DNA of 64,000 nt from Tubiluchus corallicola (Eukaryota; Animalia; Priapulida). Under the pieces are notes generated by a model. It was not told the DNA's origin, ran no database searches, and saw nothing but the letters and a program-made list of their open reading frames with translations. Positions within the stretch are counted from its first letter, which is position 1, and each line of letters opens with the position of its first letter. The stretch lies in assembly GCA_030141605.1 (NCBI GenBank), contig JAQGDQ010000206.1, positions 62,001 to 126,000 on the forward strand, in the 5' to 3' direction. Positions 41,501 through 55,170 of this stretch are shown piece after piece. Both the position numbers and the translations under genes were made by a program.

Positions 41501-43724
41501 CAACACTAGGTAAAAGTATTTTCAAATCAAGTTTGTGGTTAACATTATCATACGGATGTGAAACGCAGACTCTCTCTCTAACAAGATCTTTAAAGGAAAA
41601 CAGGCTGACTTTTCACATGCCCCACTTTGAAGTACGGTTTGAATAGGCCAAGACTTATACCGGGTAATGTATAAAAGCTAGTGGATGAAAACTACTTAAT
41701 TCACTGACTAAAAAGCAATTGCTGTTTTTGAATTAACACCTAAATTTTGTATCATTCATGGCGAAGAAACTGTTGAAAAATTGCTTATTAAATTGGCCTT
41801 CTTTCGATCATTAAAGGTCTCAAGAGCCTGAAATCAAGGAAAATATAAGCCCCAGGACCCCACTGGGGCAGCTTTCAGCGCTCTCCCAGACTTAGATGAC
41901 TCTTGTTCTGTTCGCCATGAGACCCATTATACTTTAAGCACTGATTTCGCTTGTCCACGAGTGCTAAGCGCCTTGCCAAAATTACAATGACTGTTTATAA
42001 TATTATTCAGTGAATAAAAACAATACAGGTACTTTAAATAAACATATTATTTCTGCATATTGTTATATTCTTATCGTTTTATCTGTCATTTCAAATGAAA
42101 ACCAAGATTTCTGTCACTAAATAATAATTACTACAATTACTGGTATTAGTAATTTAGTGCTTTGATGAACGTGCAAAGCGCCACTTCGTAAATCATCACA
42201 GATAGATAATAGCAGGTTGCAATGGACAACGTCACAGAATGTACTGGACGTAAGTGCGAATAAGCAGTAAGTACAGCTATGGACAGCAGAAGATGCTTGT
42301 GGCTAGGCCGGAATCTAGCGCACTGTTAAGACAAATCGTTTAAGATCAGACAGTGACTTTACCTATGGGAGAAATACACAGAAAAGAATGGCAAACAAAA
42401 CCGGCTGAACGTGTATTGGACCCAGTAGTCACTCGTCTATTTACTAGCCAGCCTTGACGATGCGTAACTTCAGTCTCTAAACGCACAGGCCAGCTTTGTG
42501 TAGCTGATTGATTTAAATCTGACGAATGTTGTGCCTCTCTTCCCCTCTTAACCAATAACTTTTACCTTTTCTTTCAACACATTGTCCATCTTACGTTCCT
42601 TTTACCTTCATCTTCCACACGCCACTTTCACTTTCAGACATTTATAATGCAGTTGTCTCAGTTTGGATCAAATCAACGTTTCTGTTCTTATACTAAGTTT
42701 TTTTACTGCAGTAATAGTGCAGAATTGCTACACTATTCTACAATCTACGCAAGATGTGCAAATACAATATTTACAAGAGCGTGGTAAAGACACAGAGAGA
42801 TTAAATGCTTACATGTGTCTATTGTGTACAAGGAATTTATGCAAGTTAACTTTATATAAGCGGCTTTTAAATAATTTAATATTTTGTGCAGTTACGAGGG
42901 TTGCAACATCAACATATGCAGGCAATGAGTTCTAGATCGGTACAACACGATTTGAGAAAAACTGACCAAATGATACTTTAGCTGTTCGACACACTAAAAG
43001 CTTCAGAGAATGATTTTGCCTTGTTCTACTTGGGTAAAAAATTTGGGTACTTGGGTACAACAAAGTCAACATCGACTTCTCTATGAATAATTTGGTAGCA
43101 TAAAGCTAAATCTTTTTGAATGCGTTTCTCCTCTAAAGACTTTAGATGTAGAATCTCCAGACGCTAAGGATATGACATATACATAAATTACATCTGTAAA
43201 ACAGGCGTCGAGTAAAGTATCGCTGTACACTTTCTATACGGATAGGATATGGCAGATGCATGTATTACATTCATATACCACGCCTCTAAGTGCTCTTTGA
43301 TTTTATCTTACAACCAGAAGTTTTTCAATTGTCTGTTCATCTGTCCGCTTGCATTCCACGCATCCTGTAGTAGCAATTGCTTGAAAACTTAAAGACTCAA
43401 TTGAGTATTTACTTAAGAAAATTCTTGCACATAACCTGTCTTCCCTATTGACTTTAAAATGCAATCCCATAGGCCCTTTAATACCACCATTGTCTGATAA
43501 GAAGACCGGTTTTCACCCGGTCATAAAGTGTAAGTTTGTTTCTAGTCTCGTAGCAGCGACTATAAAAAATGAGTAAAGTTAGGGTGGCTTTTGCTGTTTG
43601 GTTAAAGGAACATTCTGAACGTATTTCAAGTGCCCTCCCAGTTGAAGTTGCAAAATTAAGGCAAAAATACAGTAAAAGTGTAAAAGAAACTGTAAAACAA
43701 GGAAGAAAGAGAGGGGGAAAAGAG

Positions 43725-43734
43725 ATTATTATTA

Positions 43735-43816
<82 letters not shown>

Positions 43817-43824
43817 TACTACTG

Positions 43825-43913
<89 letters not shown>

Positions 43914-43938
43914 GCTGTTGTTGTTGTTGTTATTATTA
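43725..43938. repeat. (ATT)n/(ACT)n compound microsatellite
   Basis: Seen directly in the sequence. Confidence 0.95.
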
Positions 43939-45835
43939 CAACTCTTTATTGATAATAAATATTTACATATTTACCAATCCCTTCTATTTGGTGCTGGATG
44001 GTTTATAGTACTATGCTTCAAAATCAGTTAACAAATCAAATTTTGTACTTAATGTACAAAAAACTTTACACACATCCTAAAATAGTACGGCAAAGTGTCA
44101 ATCACGATGAGCCTAAAATAAAATACACAAAAGTTTTCAGCAATTCATCTTAAAACAACTCTCGTAAAAACAACGTTAATGTCACGGTTTGAACATGAAG
44201 AAGAAACGAGTTTTTTCTTGTTCTGCAATGGGGCAATGAAATATTAAATAATTCAACAGTTTGCTTATCAAGATTACCATCAAAATATTTTCATTTATAT
44301 AACCAAGTCTGCACAAAAGCTCCCTAAAAACAGTTTACTAAGGGCAAATGCTTCAACCTTACGTTGTCAGGGTGTAACAGGTAATTTCAGAGGCATTAAC
44401 CAAATTTTGGACCGAGAAAAAGAAAGCATGCTGTACACCGCGCAGATTTGCAAAAGCCATCTTTTACGAGGCCAGTCTGTTTACACAAATCATTACGCAA
44501 ACAAAGTCGAATTCTACATGAATGAATCTTATTATCTAACAGCCTGACATAGTGAATCGTTCCAGTTAAATAACGTGTCCAGCCCTGGATTAACCATTAA
44601 GCAAAAAAGCAGTAAAATATGTCTGAATAAACGTGACGGCTTCTGAGTTTGTTTACTAACTGACGGTAATTATGATATTTTCACACATATCAATTTCATT
44701 AAGAGAAGAAAATGAAAGTATTTGCAGTTTGCACTGTGTTTGCAGGGATAAGTTTTGTTCACCTTGTATATTATGTTCACCTATGCTGCTCGTTTACAAT
44801 AAGTTGCACTGCACTATGTTTATTGGTATCCAATTCGCATGTAGATATGCTGAATGGCTTCCCTTTCATAAGATCTAATCGTCTTTGTACTTTTAAACTA
44901 TTATCACTTTTCACGCAGGGCTTTAGGAAAAGTGGGGCCCACACAATTTTTTTTCAAATCGAATAATGTCTCAAAAGTAAAATATACTGGACAATGTCGG
45001 GCGATTTCTGTGTCTGTTTACAATAATATGATGGTACAGTTGGGCATATGTTTAATGCAGACCTATAATATTAAATGGACTAACATGGGTTTCTGTAAAA
45101 GTTGTTAGGTAATTTTTTGTATTTGCATTTCTTTAAGTCAATTTTCTTAAGAAAAGAAAGTGAAAGTTTGTGCCTTGTATTTGCTAGGATAAGTTTTGTT
45201 CACAGCCTCGTTATGCTGATCTTTTGCAGTAATCTGCTGTACTGGGGTATCCAATGTGCATGTAGACATGCTCAATGGCTTCCCTTTATAAGATTCAGAG
45301 TTGTCTCAGCATTTTTAATCCAATGCCACTTTTTATTTAATGTAAGGCTGATGATCCAGCATTTACTGTAAATAAATCTTTCTGCAAGTTTTTTTTCCAT
45401 TTCGAAAGATACAATTTCATTTTACATTTTTGTATTGTTTTTATTCTGAAATTATACTATTTATGGAGGTGCTATAATCATTTCAGTGCTTAGGGGTTCT
45501 TGAGGTCTTAATCCGACCATGAATGTCTCCTAGTTTTCATTTTTATTTTTGCTCCTTGTAACCATGGCTCAGATGCAGTCCGTGTACCTACAATGAGCTA
45601 GCATATCTACAAGCGACCTTATAGATATTTGCAGAAACAACATGATAACTGGAGCTGCTTTGCTGGTTTTACCTTAAATCCTTGAAACTCCATTGCAAAC
45701 AGACGTTTAGTCTTTAATGGTCGTTACGTATGTGCAGGTTGTTAAGTAACTGTAGTGTCGCCAAGCCCAAAAATTGTCACAAGTACATTTAATGGCATGT
45801 TAAAGTTTCTAATTATTACAATCTCATCTGTTTTT

Positions 45836-46500
<665 letters not shown>

Positions 46501-46916
46501 ATCTTATCTTAGTATGGCGTACGACTAATTTCCTCCTATTTAAAAATCAAAACAGTTACGTTCTAGAGCCCTTATAACTTCTTTAAAGGAATTTACAGTC
46601 CGTATTTGTTCTTCGCTAGCATTGTTTTTTACATCTAGTGTACAGGAAAAAAGTTTAGAAAGAAAAATTTTCATTTGTGTAAAACGTTTGGTACCCGTTG
46701 CAAATAGATAACAAATTATAACCCACTCTAGAAGAGGCATGAAATCGAGAATTATGTGCAAAGAAGTTGGCTATGTGATTTTCACTATTTAAGCAACTAT
46801 GGTAAAATTTAACAAATCGTTTCTGTAACTGTTTGAGCTTTCTATCGCCAGAATAAAAAAAGATAGCTCATGACAATCGATTTCATAAAACACTGAATTG
46901 AACATATTATTTTTTC

Positions 46917-46993
46917 AACCTAGCCACTGGGGGGGGGCAAGCCAGCCCAACTCAGTGCCGGTCGCAAGCCCGGATAAATAGGGAGGGTTAGGG
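46917..46993 (+). ncRNA. Twister ribozyme (P1 5' strand missing) at the 5' end of an RTE-derived element
   Basis: AA-CCTA-GC-[P3]-GCCGG TCGCAAGC CCGG ATAAA-TAGG-GAGG matches the twister core (GCCGGUCCCAAGCCCGGAUAAA...GAGG). P2 is CCTA/TAGG and P3 is ACTGG.../...CTCAGT. Confidence 0.8.
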
Positions 46994-47418
46994 TCAGGAA
47001 GGGCATCCGCCTGTAAAAACTGCGCCGAAACCTTCTATGAATGAGTCGGTGAGACTTAAAGGGAAAGTCCACAAAGAAGTGGTCAGACCCGCTCTAATCT
47101 ATGGGCTGGAAGCAGCTTCTCTAAAGAAGACCGAAGAGAAGAAAATGGGTGTGGTGGAGATGAGGATGTTGAGATGAATGGTGGGAGTAACAAGAAGCGA
47201 TAAAATTAGAAATAATAATATCAGAGGAACAATAAAAGTAGTGGAAGCCTCGCAAGACTGCGATGGTATGGACACCTGAAAAGAAGAGTCGGTGGAGATC
47301 ATGTGGGAAGGGAAGACATAAATGAAGAGATGGTCAACAACAGGAATGCGAGGAGAAGACTCATTCACAACGGCGACCCCGAATAGGGAAAAGCTGGGAA
47401 GAAGAAGAAGAAGAAGAA
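46917..47418 (+). mobile_element. Internally deleted, non-autonomous RTE-clade LINE derivative
   Basis: RTE 5' UTR; ORF remnants [19 protein letters not shown]...EMRMLR* and RLRWYGHLKRR; 3' end CGGCGACCCC...(GAA)n. Flanking direct repeat gaacatattattttttc(aa) at 46900 and 47419. Confidence 0.85.
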
Positions 47419-48265
47419 GAACATATTATTTTTTCAAAAATGATTTCAAGAGTGATAGAAGTATTACCACACAAACGTAATTTCCTATTTACGCGGCTAG
47501 TTCTTCATTGTTACATACATTTCGCCGTTGGCTAGTTAGATGGGCACTAGCACCTACATCGCGGCAACGCGTTGCACAAAAAAACACGTGCCGTGTCTCT
47601 CAGTTCAGAGGTGTTCAGTTGTGACGTAGTGCACACGTTCCAGAGCGCATGCTTGAGCACAGCAATAAACTTGAAATCTAAACTTTAAACTTGAAATATG
47701 CCGAGTTTTTGTAAATCACACTGAATGTCTTACTGTAGCACTGTAATTCAATTTCCAGTTTTGCAAACACGTGCAACACGTTCGTAGAATGTTTGTACTG
47801 TTGGAAATTATGTTCATTGTAATGCCATCACTAGATGGACTCACCTATCATTAATTGAGGGTTTAACCTATTAATAAATTATCAGAAACACTTTTGCATT
47901 AGTATATGTATTAAAATGTATACTTTTTACTGTACTTCAAAATGGGGTAGAATGTGAAAGGAAATCATCCTGTTTTCCTTTAATGACCGGTAGAGCTGGG
48001 AATATTGGCAATAACAGACATTACAATAAGTGTTTCTTATCCAAAATTAAATACACTTTCACAGCTTTGTCGGTTTTTTTTAATTCATTTCGACGTATTT
48101 CGTATAAGGGAAAGGGAATTCAGTCATTTCTCGACAGCAGCACTAATGCCCAAATCGCTCAATTTAAAATTCGTCGAATCTAATTTCTGATTATAACAAA
48201 ATTATAACTTCTGATTATAACAAATTCTTGCATTGTGCTCCGAAATTTTACAGCTTTATCTAATT

Positions 48266-48721
48266 CACTGGTCTTCAACCTTTTTTAATGTCGTCCACCC
48301 CTAATGGTGATTAAGTAGAAGCTGTCCACCCCACCCCGAAAAAGTCTCAATAAAAATCTGACGTTTTTAATATTTAAAATCTACGTTTCATATCTCATTT
48401 CTATGACTATGTAAACTGAAAAATGCCGTTTCTCTTATTTTTTATTTAACTTTTACATATTCATCCATATATTTACACACCTCATCTCAAACTAAGAGGC
48501 TCAAAATACACAAGATAACATTAAGCATGTCATTTAGACACATTTCCCTTTACTAAAGTAAAATTGCAGACAATTGAGAGAGAAAGAGAGTCTCTTGTAT
48601 GTTATACAGACACGTGCAGGTGAGGATCTCGTCCACCCAGTAGTCCACCATACAGCTGTCCACCCCTCACTTCATCTCGTCCACTATAAGGTGGACTGTC
48701 CACCCAGGTGGAATAGCACTG
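48266..48721. mobile_element. hAT (Charlie-like) MITE, 17 bp into TPPP intron 2
   Basis: Imperfect TIRs CACTGGTCTTCAACC / GGTGGAATAGCACTG; perfect TSD ATCTAATT; GTCCACC subterminal repeats. Confidence 0.8.
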
Positions 48722-48738
48722 ATCTAATTTATACGTAC

Positions 48739-48919
48739 CGTTACTCCGTGCAGCTTGGGCTGTTTGCACGTGGTCAACTTGTGCTTTAGATCGTTAACTA
48801 TTTCCACTTTAACTTCATCTTCTGGCGTTTCTGATTTCTTAGCTTCAGCTTTGCTGATGTGAATGGCAATCTCGTCGAGTACTGCCTCCACATCTTTAAA
48901 TTCGATGGTCTTTGTACCT
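48739..48919 (-). CDS. TPPP: TPPP coding exon 2
   Basis: Acceptor cttcttttag|. Reads GTKTIEFKDVEAVLDEIA...KQPKLHGVT in phase 2-0. Donor |gtacgt. Confidence 0.88.
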
Positions 48920-49023
48920 CTAAAAGAAGTAGTAATATAAATTATTTATGGCAGGAGCTTTGTTGGAGTTCATCACTATTTACCTTGGTTTTTTAAACCC
49001 ATAGAAAAATGGTTATTTATTAA

Positions 49024-49481
49024 CCCTTTCAGTCCAAAATTATTTTTTTAATAAGAATTTTTTTGGCTTGGTACTTTTGTTCAGTATGTCCATCTTGTTT
49101 ACACATAATAATTATATTTTTTCTACCTGTGCCCGCGTGCTAAATATAGCCTGTATCCCACGGGATACATTGGGATTCAATGGAAGCATAAAATGTGCTT
49201 CATTTTGCAACTGCTGATAATTTTTTAAAGTATTTAAGACATTTAGTGTGCATGCTATGCTGATCTGTACAAAGTCGTCTCTAAAGTACTGTACCTCGCG
49301 CAGTTTCTTATGCTATGTAGATTTTCTAGTTTGCCATTTTATCACCATTTTTAGTCTATTGTTATTGGTTTAAATCAAAATAACTATTAACAGATCAAAT
49401 AAACGTCAGTTTTAAAATTTTGTTAATTTTAAAGGCAGAAAATATTCTCGTATCCCACGGGATACAACGGGTATGAAAGGG
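49024..49481. mobile_element. piggyBac-like MITE
   Basis: TTAA-CCCTTTCA ... TGAAAGGG-TTAA termini; internal TATCCCACGGGATA palindromes. Confidence 0.75.
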
Positions 49482-49893
49482 TTAAATGTTTGTAGGAGTT
49501 ATCGTAAGAGTTATCGTAAGTCAAGGGCCAGGGGTGGATTACGACAGCTTTTGGGGCCCCACTGCTAGTGAAATGACGAGGCCCCCCAGATGGAGCCACC
49601 CTCTGACTCACCCGACACCCGTCTTAAATACTTTTACTTGTGAAATATATTTTTGCGGTATTTACATAGCTTGAAGAACTTAAACCTATTGCAAATTCTT
49701 GAAATATAAACTAGAATAGCCAAGTTTCGTTTGTCGTTGAAAATATTGTTTAAGAAATACCACCATTTTATCATTTATTGCAAAACAAATTGACACATAT
49801 TTCAACACAACCGTAGTGAAGAAACAGATTTTTTGCCAAATGTTACCAAATCTTGAGTGGCCTCCCAAATTTGAGGAACCTTAAGCTGTAGCC

Positions 49894-50140
<247 letters not shown>

Positions 50141-52219
50141 TAATCAGAAAATACGTAATATATCTGTACAAAACAAATAAGACCTCTATTTGATGGGCAC
50201 AGTCACGAATCTTAGATAAATATTAGCTATAGTTTACATAAACTAGCCTATATAATAATCTTTCCCTGCCAATGATCATTCGATGTTAAAACTGCCCCAT
50301 TTTTTAAATTCGGCTCTCTAATTTCTGGGGTTAATTTCTGGAGAGGAGAGCATGTCAGTGGATACATTCTGGTGTGGATATCAGACTTAGGAAATACCAT
50401 GGATGTATTGAAGGATATCTGTACGTGATTTAATTGGAATTATAGTGCATAGTGACATATTAATTTTGAATAGCAGTATATTTCACTTGTCATTGTTGAT
50501 GGAATGGAGGGTAAGAACTTGACGTTACCGTAGTCAAAAGAATGTAATCAATAGATGAATGACTAACGACTCATTCAAACTAGCAATTTTTCTGTGGGTT
50601 TTTTCTCCGATAGTAGATTCGCAAGTGTGCATAGCTTTGCGAGTTACTGTCAGCAAGTTATTGAAACTCTCCGACAAATCCTGCGAGTTACTGTCTAGTG
50701 TAAACGCCTCGGCGAGTTACTCTTGACACCTTTCGAGTGTCAGCACGTGCTTACTGACAGAGAGTAACTCGCAACAAGTTTTGCTCTCTAGTCTGAACAC
50801 GCTTGCGAGTTACTGTCCAGTGTGAACACCTCGGCGAGTTACTCGCGACACCTCTCGCAGTGAATAGAGGAGAATTGAGTGTCAGCTCGCGCTTACTGTC
50901 AGAGAGTAACTCGCAACAAGTTTTGCTCTCTAGTCTGAACACGCTTGCGAGTTACTTGGCGGTTTAGTTAACGAGTTAACTTAGCGAGAAAGCTCGCTAA
51001 TGCGAACTACAGCTGAAAGCATGGAAGACGATATTTACGTACACGCTTGTGCATTTGATAACGTAGCGTTTTTCGTTTAAGAAATTACAAACGTTAATTC
51101 CGTTGATTTTTACCATTTTTAATGCCAGTAGAAAGTTTAAACTACCAGTCGCTTTTTGGGAAGGTAAACTGGGTATTCAAAAGGATTTGTGTTCACAGGA
51201 TCAGCAATGGGCAAAAATCCGTAGATATGAATATGGATGTGAAGGATCCACTGATTCATCTAACCTTGTTAATTTCGCTCAACGCAAACTGGAGTTAAAA
51301 CTTTTGACACATTAACATTTGGTAGATCAATAATTATTTTAGAATGATATCCAAGGTACTATGTACTTTGGTGTGGCATAATTATAGCTTATTATTATGC
51401 AAAGCATTATGACGCTATCCATTCGTAAGAAAGTGGATTAACCGCTGATAAATTATACATAAGCTGGATATAGCTGATGTCTGTTTAGCATTGCAAAATA
51501 CGCCATATTGATCTTCATACTCAGACCATATTATGCATACGATGATATAGCATACCCAAATGCTTAAAGTACAAGAAAACGCCATTCGTAAATAAAGCTT
51601 AAAAAATTCGTCTTGAAACCGTATATCACTTACATGTTGTCTTATTGCATGCAGAGCTTGTATTAGTAGCAACGCTGTACAAAACTTGTAAATTTAAGTA
51701 ACATTGTGTAAAATTTGGAAAAAATAATTATAGTACACACTTCAACCGTTTAAGCAAATGTTTAAATTACTGTATATTGTCAATAAGATCAATAATGTGT
51801 TTTTGTGAACCAGTGATGCACACTGGGATGGCGATGCAGTACTGTTTTACCAGGTGGGTCAAATATTTTGAATTTGTTAGGAATTTTCTTTTCTAGTTAC
51901 GCAAGTCTTTCACGCAGGTAAGTAAGCGTAATACGAAGTGATGTAACTTTGCATGGAAAGTTTTTTGAGATATAATTTAAAATTGCCCGTTTCCCCTTTA
52001 AACAAGTGAAAAGGCATTTCAATTCAAAGTTCTAACTATAGTGCAAAATTCTTAGGACATCTCAAAAAGCTCAGAAATTCATGCTAAAATTAGTCAAAGT
52101 CAAAAATTAAACTTATTAATTGGAATTAGTTAGTGTGAGCGATGCAACGATGAAAACGTTGAATTTGGTTGGCCAGCTATGAGGGATGAACTTTAGACAG
52201 GCTTGACGGCAGTGAAACA

Positions 52220-52286
52220 CGATGGCACAGTGGTCTGTGGCGTTTGCAATGTGAGCAGCAGGTCGTTGGTTCAAATCCGGCTTCAT
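52220..52286 (+). mobile_element. tRNA-derived SINE head
   Basis: A box TGGCACAGTGG and B box GGTTCAAATCC at tRNA-like spacing, without a full cloverleaf. Confidence 0.55.
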
Positions 52287-53280
52287 CACAACTTTTTCAC
52301 GTTTCTGGCATTCCAAGTTTATATCGAAATAGATTATTTAATTGTGGCTTTGTAAGATCACCTCAATGGGTTAATAGCCTAGTAAAGTCGATCTCCTAAC
52401 TCATTATAAATGCACGGACTGAATCTTAGCCATGGTTAGAAGGAGTAGAAATAAAAACGAAAACTAGGACACATTCAGGGCCTGATTAAAACCTCACTAA
52501 GGCCCTGAGCGCTGAAAAGATGATAGTAACCCATCATATGTGTAATTCACTGAATTCACTACTAAACTATAAAATTAAATCTTCGAATTGAAAAAACTTG
52601 CAGTAGGATTTATTTGCAGCAAATGCTAGATCATCAGGTTTACATTTTCTTTTCTTGTTACATAAGTCGTTCAGCCAGCTAAGCGAAATGCTGAGTAATA
52701 TAGATTTGCATGGGAATTTTTTTGGGACATAATTTAACATTGCCGTTTCTTCCCCTGATTTACGTTTGCGTAGGTGACGTCATGTAATGACGACTTCGGA
52801 ACAGTATTGCGGGAGATTTAAAATGAAGACAAACAAAAATTGCCTTAAACGCGAGTACGATATACGCATAAAATTGCTATAAAGTAATATAATTTCATAA
52901 AGCGATTTTTCTGAAACCTCTTTAGGTGCCCCCTTTCTTGTCCTTTAAGTACATTGTCGTAGATCTTATCTGTCTTAAAATTCACTTAAGTCCATCACGC
53001 TGGTTATCGTAATTTCGCTGTTAGTTGGAATTCATAAAGTGTCTTAGGGTCCCCTGATTATGCACAGATATTTTTCCACTAGACTGACAAATTATAAACA
53101 GCCAGATTTAAAGCATTTTCCACTTTTTTGAGGAATGGCACGTAGAAACGACACTGTTTGAAAAGGGAACATATGCTGAGTTCAGCACTCGCCAAGCCAC
53201 CCCCTCAACAAACAGAACCCGAACAGGAAATTACCCGTTCTTGTTTATTTTTTCAGACGAAGTTCAACATTGTAACTTAC

Positions 53281-53489
53281 TTGGGTTTCTTCCCAAGAAT
53301 TTTGCTGAACGCGATGTCTGTATCCGTCGACTTTATCTTCTTTCCGTCTTGTACTTTCGCTTCTTTGCACCACTTGTCGAAGTTTTTGCTGGTCATGTTC
53401 TTACCCGTTGACTTGGTATCGCCGAATTTCGCATAGGCCACGAAGTTGCCGTGCAGAGTTTGCTTCTCGCCGTCTTCGCTCTCCGCCAT
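53281..53489 (-). CDS. TPPP: Tubulin polymerization-promoting protein (p25-alpha family), coding exon 1
   Basis: FVAYAKFGDTKSTGKNMTSKNFDKWCKEAKVQDGKKIKSTDTDIAFSK is the p25-alpha N-terminal signature. Phase-2 donor AA|gtaagt. Acceptor ttttag| lies 7 nt upstream of the ATG. Confidence 0.92.
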
Positions 53490-53846
53490 CTTTGCACTAA
53501 AAATGCCATTTAAATTTATGCACGTTTATGGCTTTGACTGTTTGGCTAACTTTATGTTTACACAACACTGGATGGTAATTTGTAATTCTTATTGAAGCTA
53601 TCGGGTGGCGCAGAAAAAATGTGCCGAAGTTTATACTATAATGATATTCAAAGCAAATAGCCTTCAAAATTGAAATTTCACAGCTTGATGCTACAATATA
53701 TTATCACTAAGCTGTGAAAGTTTATAGCATTGGTGGTTTTTAAATTATAACCGAAAAACTTTTGCATGTTAAAAAACTGAATGCCGAAACTATAGCAATT
53801 CAATTCAATTCAATTCAATTCAATTCAAATATTTATTTCATTAACT

Positions 53847-54117
53847 GAGACCATAATAAAATACAAATACAGTACTAAAATGAAATAAAATACAATGAAA
53901 TAAAAATTACAAGAGTAAACATATATATATATATACTGTATTAACCCTGTATATATATATATTATATAATATACAGTATACAGTATATATACAGTATATA
54001 TATATATATGTTTACTCTTGTAATTTTTATTTCATTGTATTTTATTTCATTTTAGTACTGTATTTGTATTTTATTATAGTCTCAATATATATATGTATAT
54101 ATATATATACAGGGTTA
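53847..54117. repeat. Long inverted repeat around (TA)n
   Basis: 53847-53930 is nearly the exact reverse complement of 54000-54084. Confidence 0.85.
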
Positions 54118-55035
54118 AGTAAATTAAATACTAAATAAACTTCAGAGTCTAATTATGTAATAATTCGTTCTATTTCACAAAAAGCAAGAGTTGACAAGTC
54201 TATGTGAGTTAATAATAGCAGTTATAATACTATTGCCAGCGTGTAACCTATTCATAATTGAAAAATAGCCGCATTGACGTATAAAACACTCAATAGATGG
54301 CAGTAAAACAATAAAGGAATCAACCAGTTTTACATCATGGTCTTCACTACAGGAAATAAAGCAGTGTTTTAAGATTTGTTGCAAAAAATGTGACATAATC
54401 CTCTGGATTACTGTATTTGAATTCCAAAGTGTACAATAGCCGTACAGAACTATTTGATGCAGAGGAACTAGAGGCAAAAACTCTTGACTGCTGCTACCAA
54501 ATACCCCTTAAAGAAGTAAGAAAGCGTCAGCTGTTGGAAGAACTGTTTTCGTCTAGCTACCAATGAAAATGGAGACACGTGGAGTACTTGATGTAAATTT
54601 CAGCAGACGTGGCAGGCAAGAATTTTTCTGACATTTATTTTTCTGATTTGTTGATTTAAAATTTCTATATATATTGGGAAATATTTAAGGCAATGACCTT
54701 AAATTTTTGATGTTTGTACAAAAACGCCTGCAAGATCAATGTAGTAATCTTCAAGCGATTTCGTTATTTTCTTCTAACGCTATCGCGATGAAAACTTCCG
54801 CACATTTTTTGCGCCACCTTGTACATATATATACAGTCACATAATTTTGGCATGATTTGTTTTCTGGTGCATACAGTAATATGTGAAACCATAATCAGTC
54901 AATTCAAAACTATGAATGATAATCCCCTAAACCGGGGTGAACAATCAACTCAGTGAAGTGAGGCATGTCGTCAGAAATGGAAAAATCTGGATGCAAAGTA
55001 AACCTCGAAGTTTTGATTTCGTCTCCGTTATCATA

Positions 55036-55122
<87 letters not shown>

Positions 55123-55170
55123 AACGACGACAACGATGATGATGATTATTATGATGATGACGACGACAAC
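55036..55170. repeat. (GAT)n microsatellite
   Basis: Seen directly in the sequence. Confidence 0.95.
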
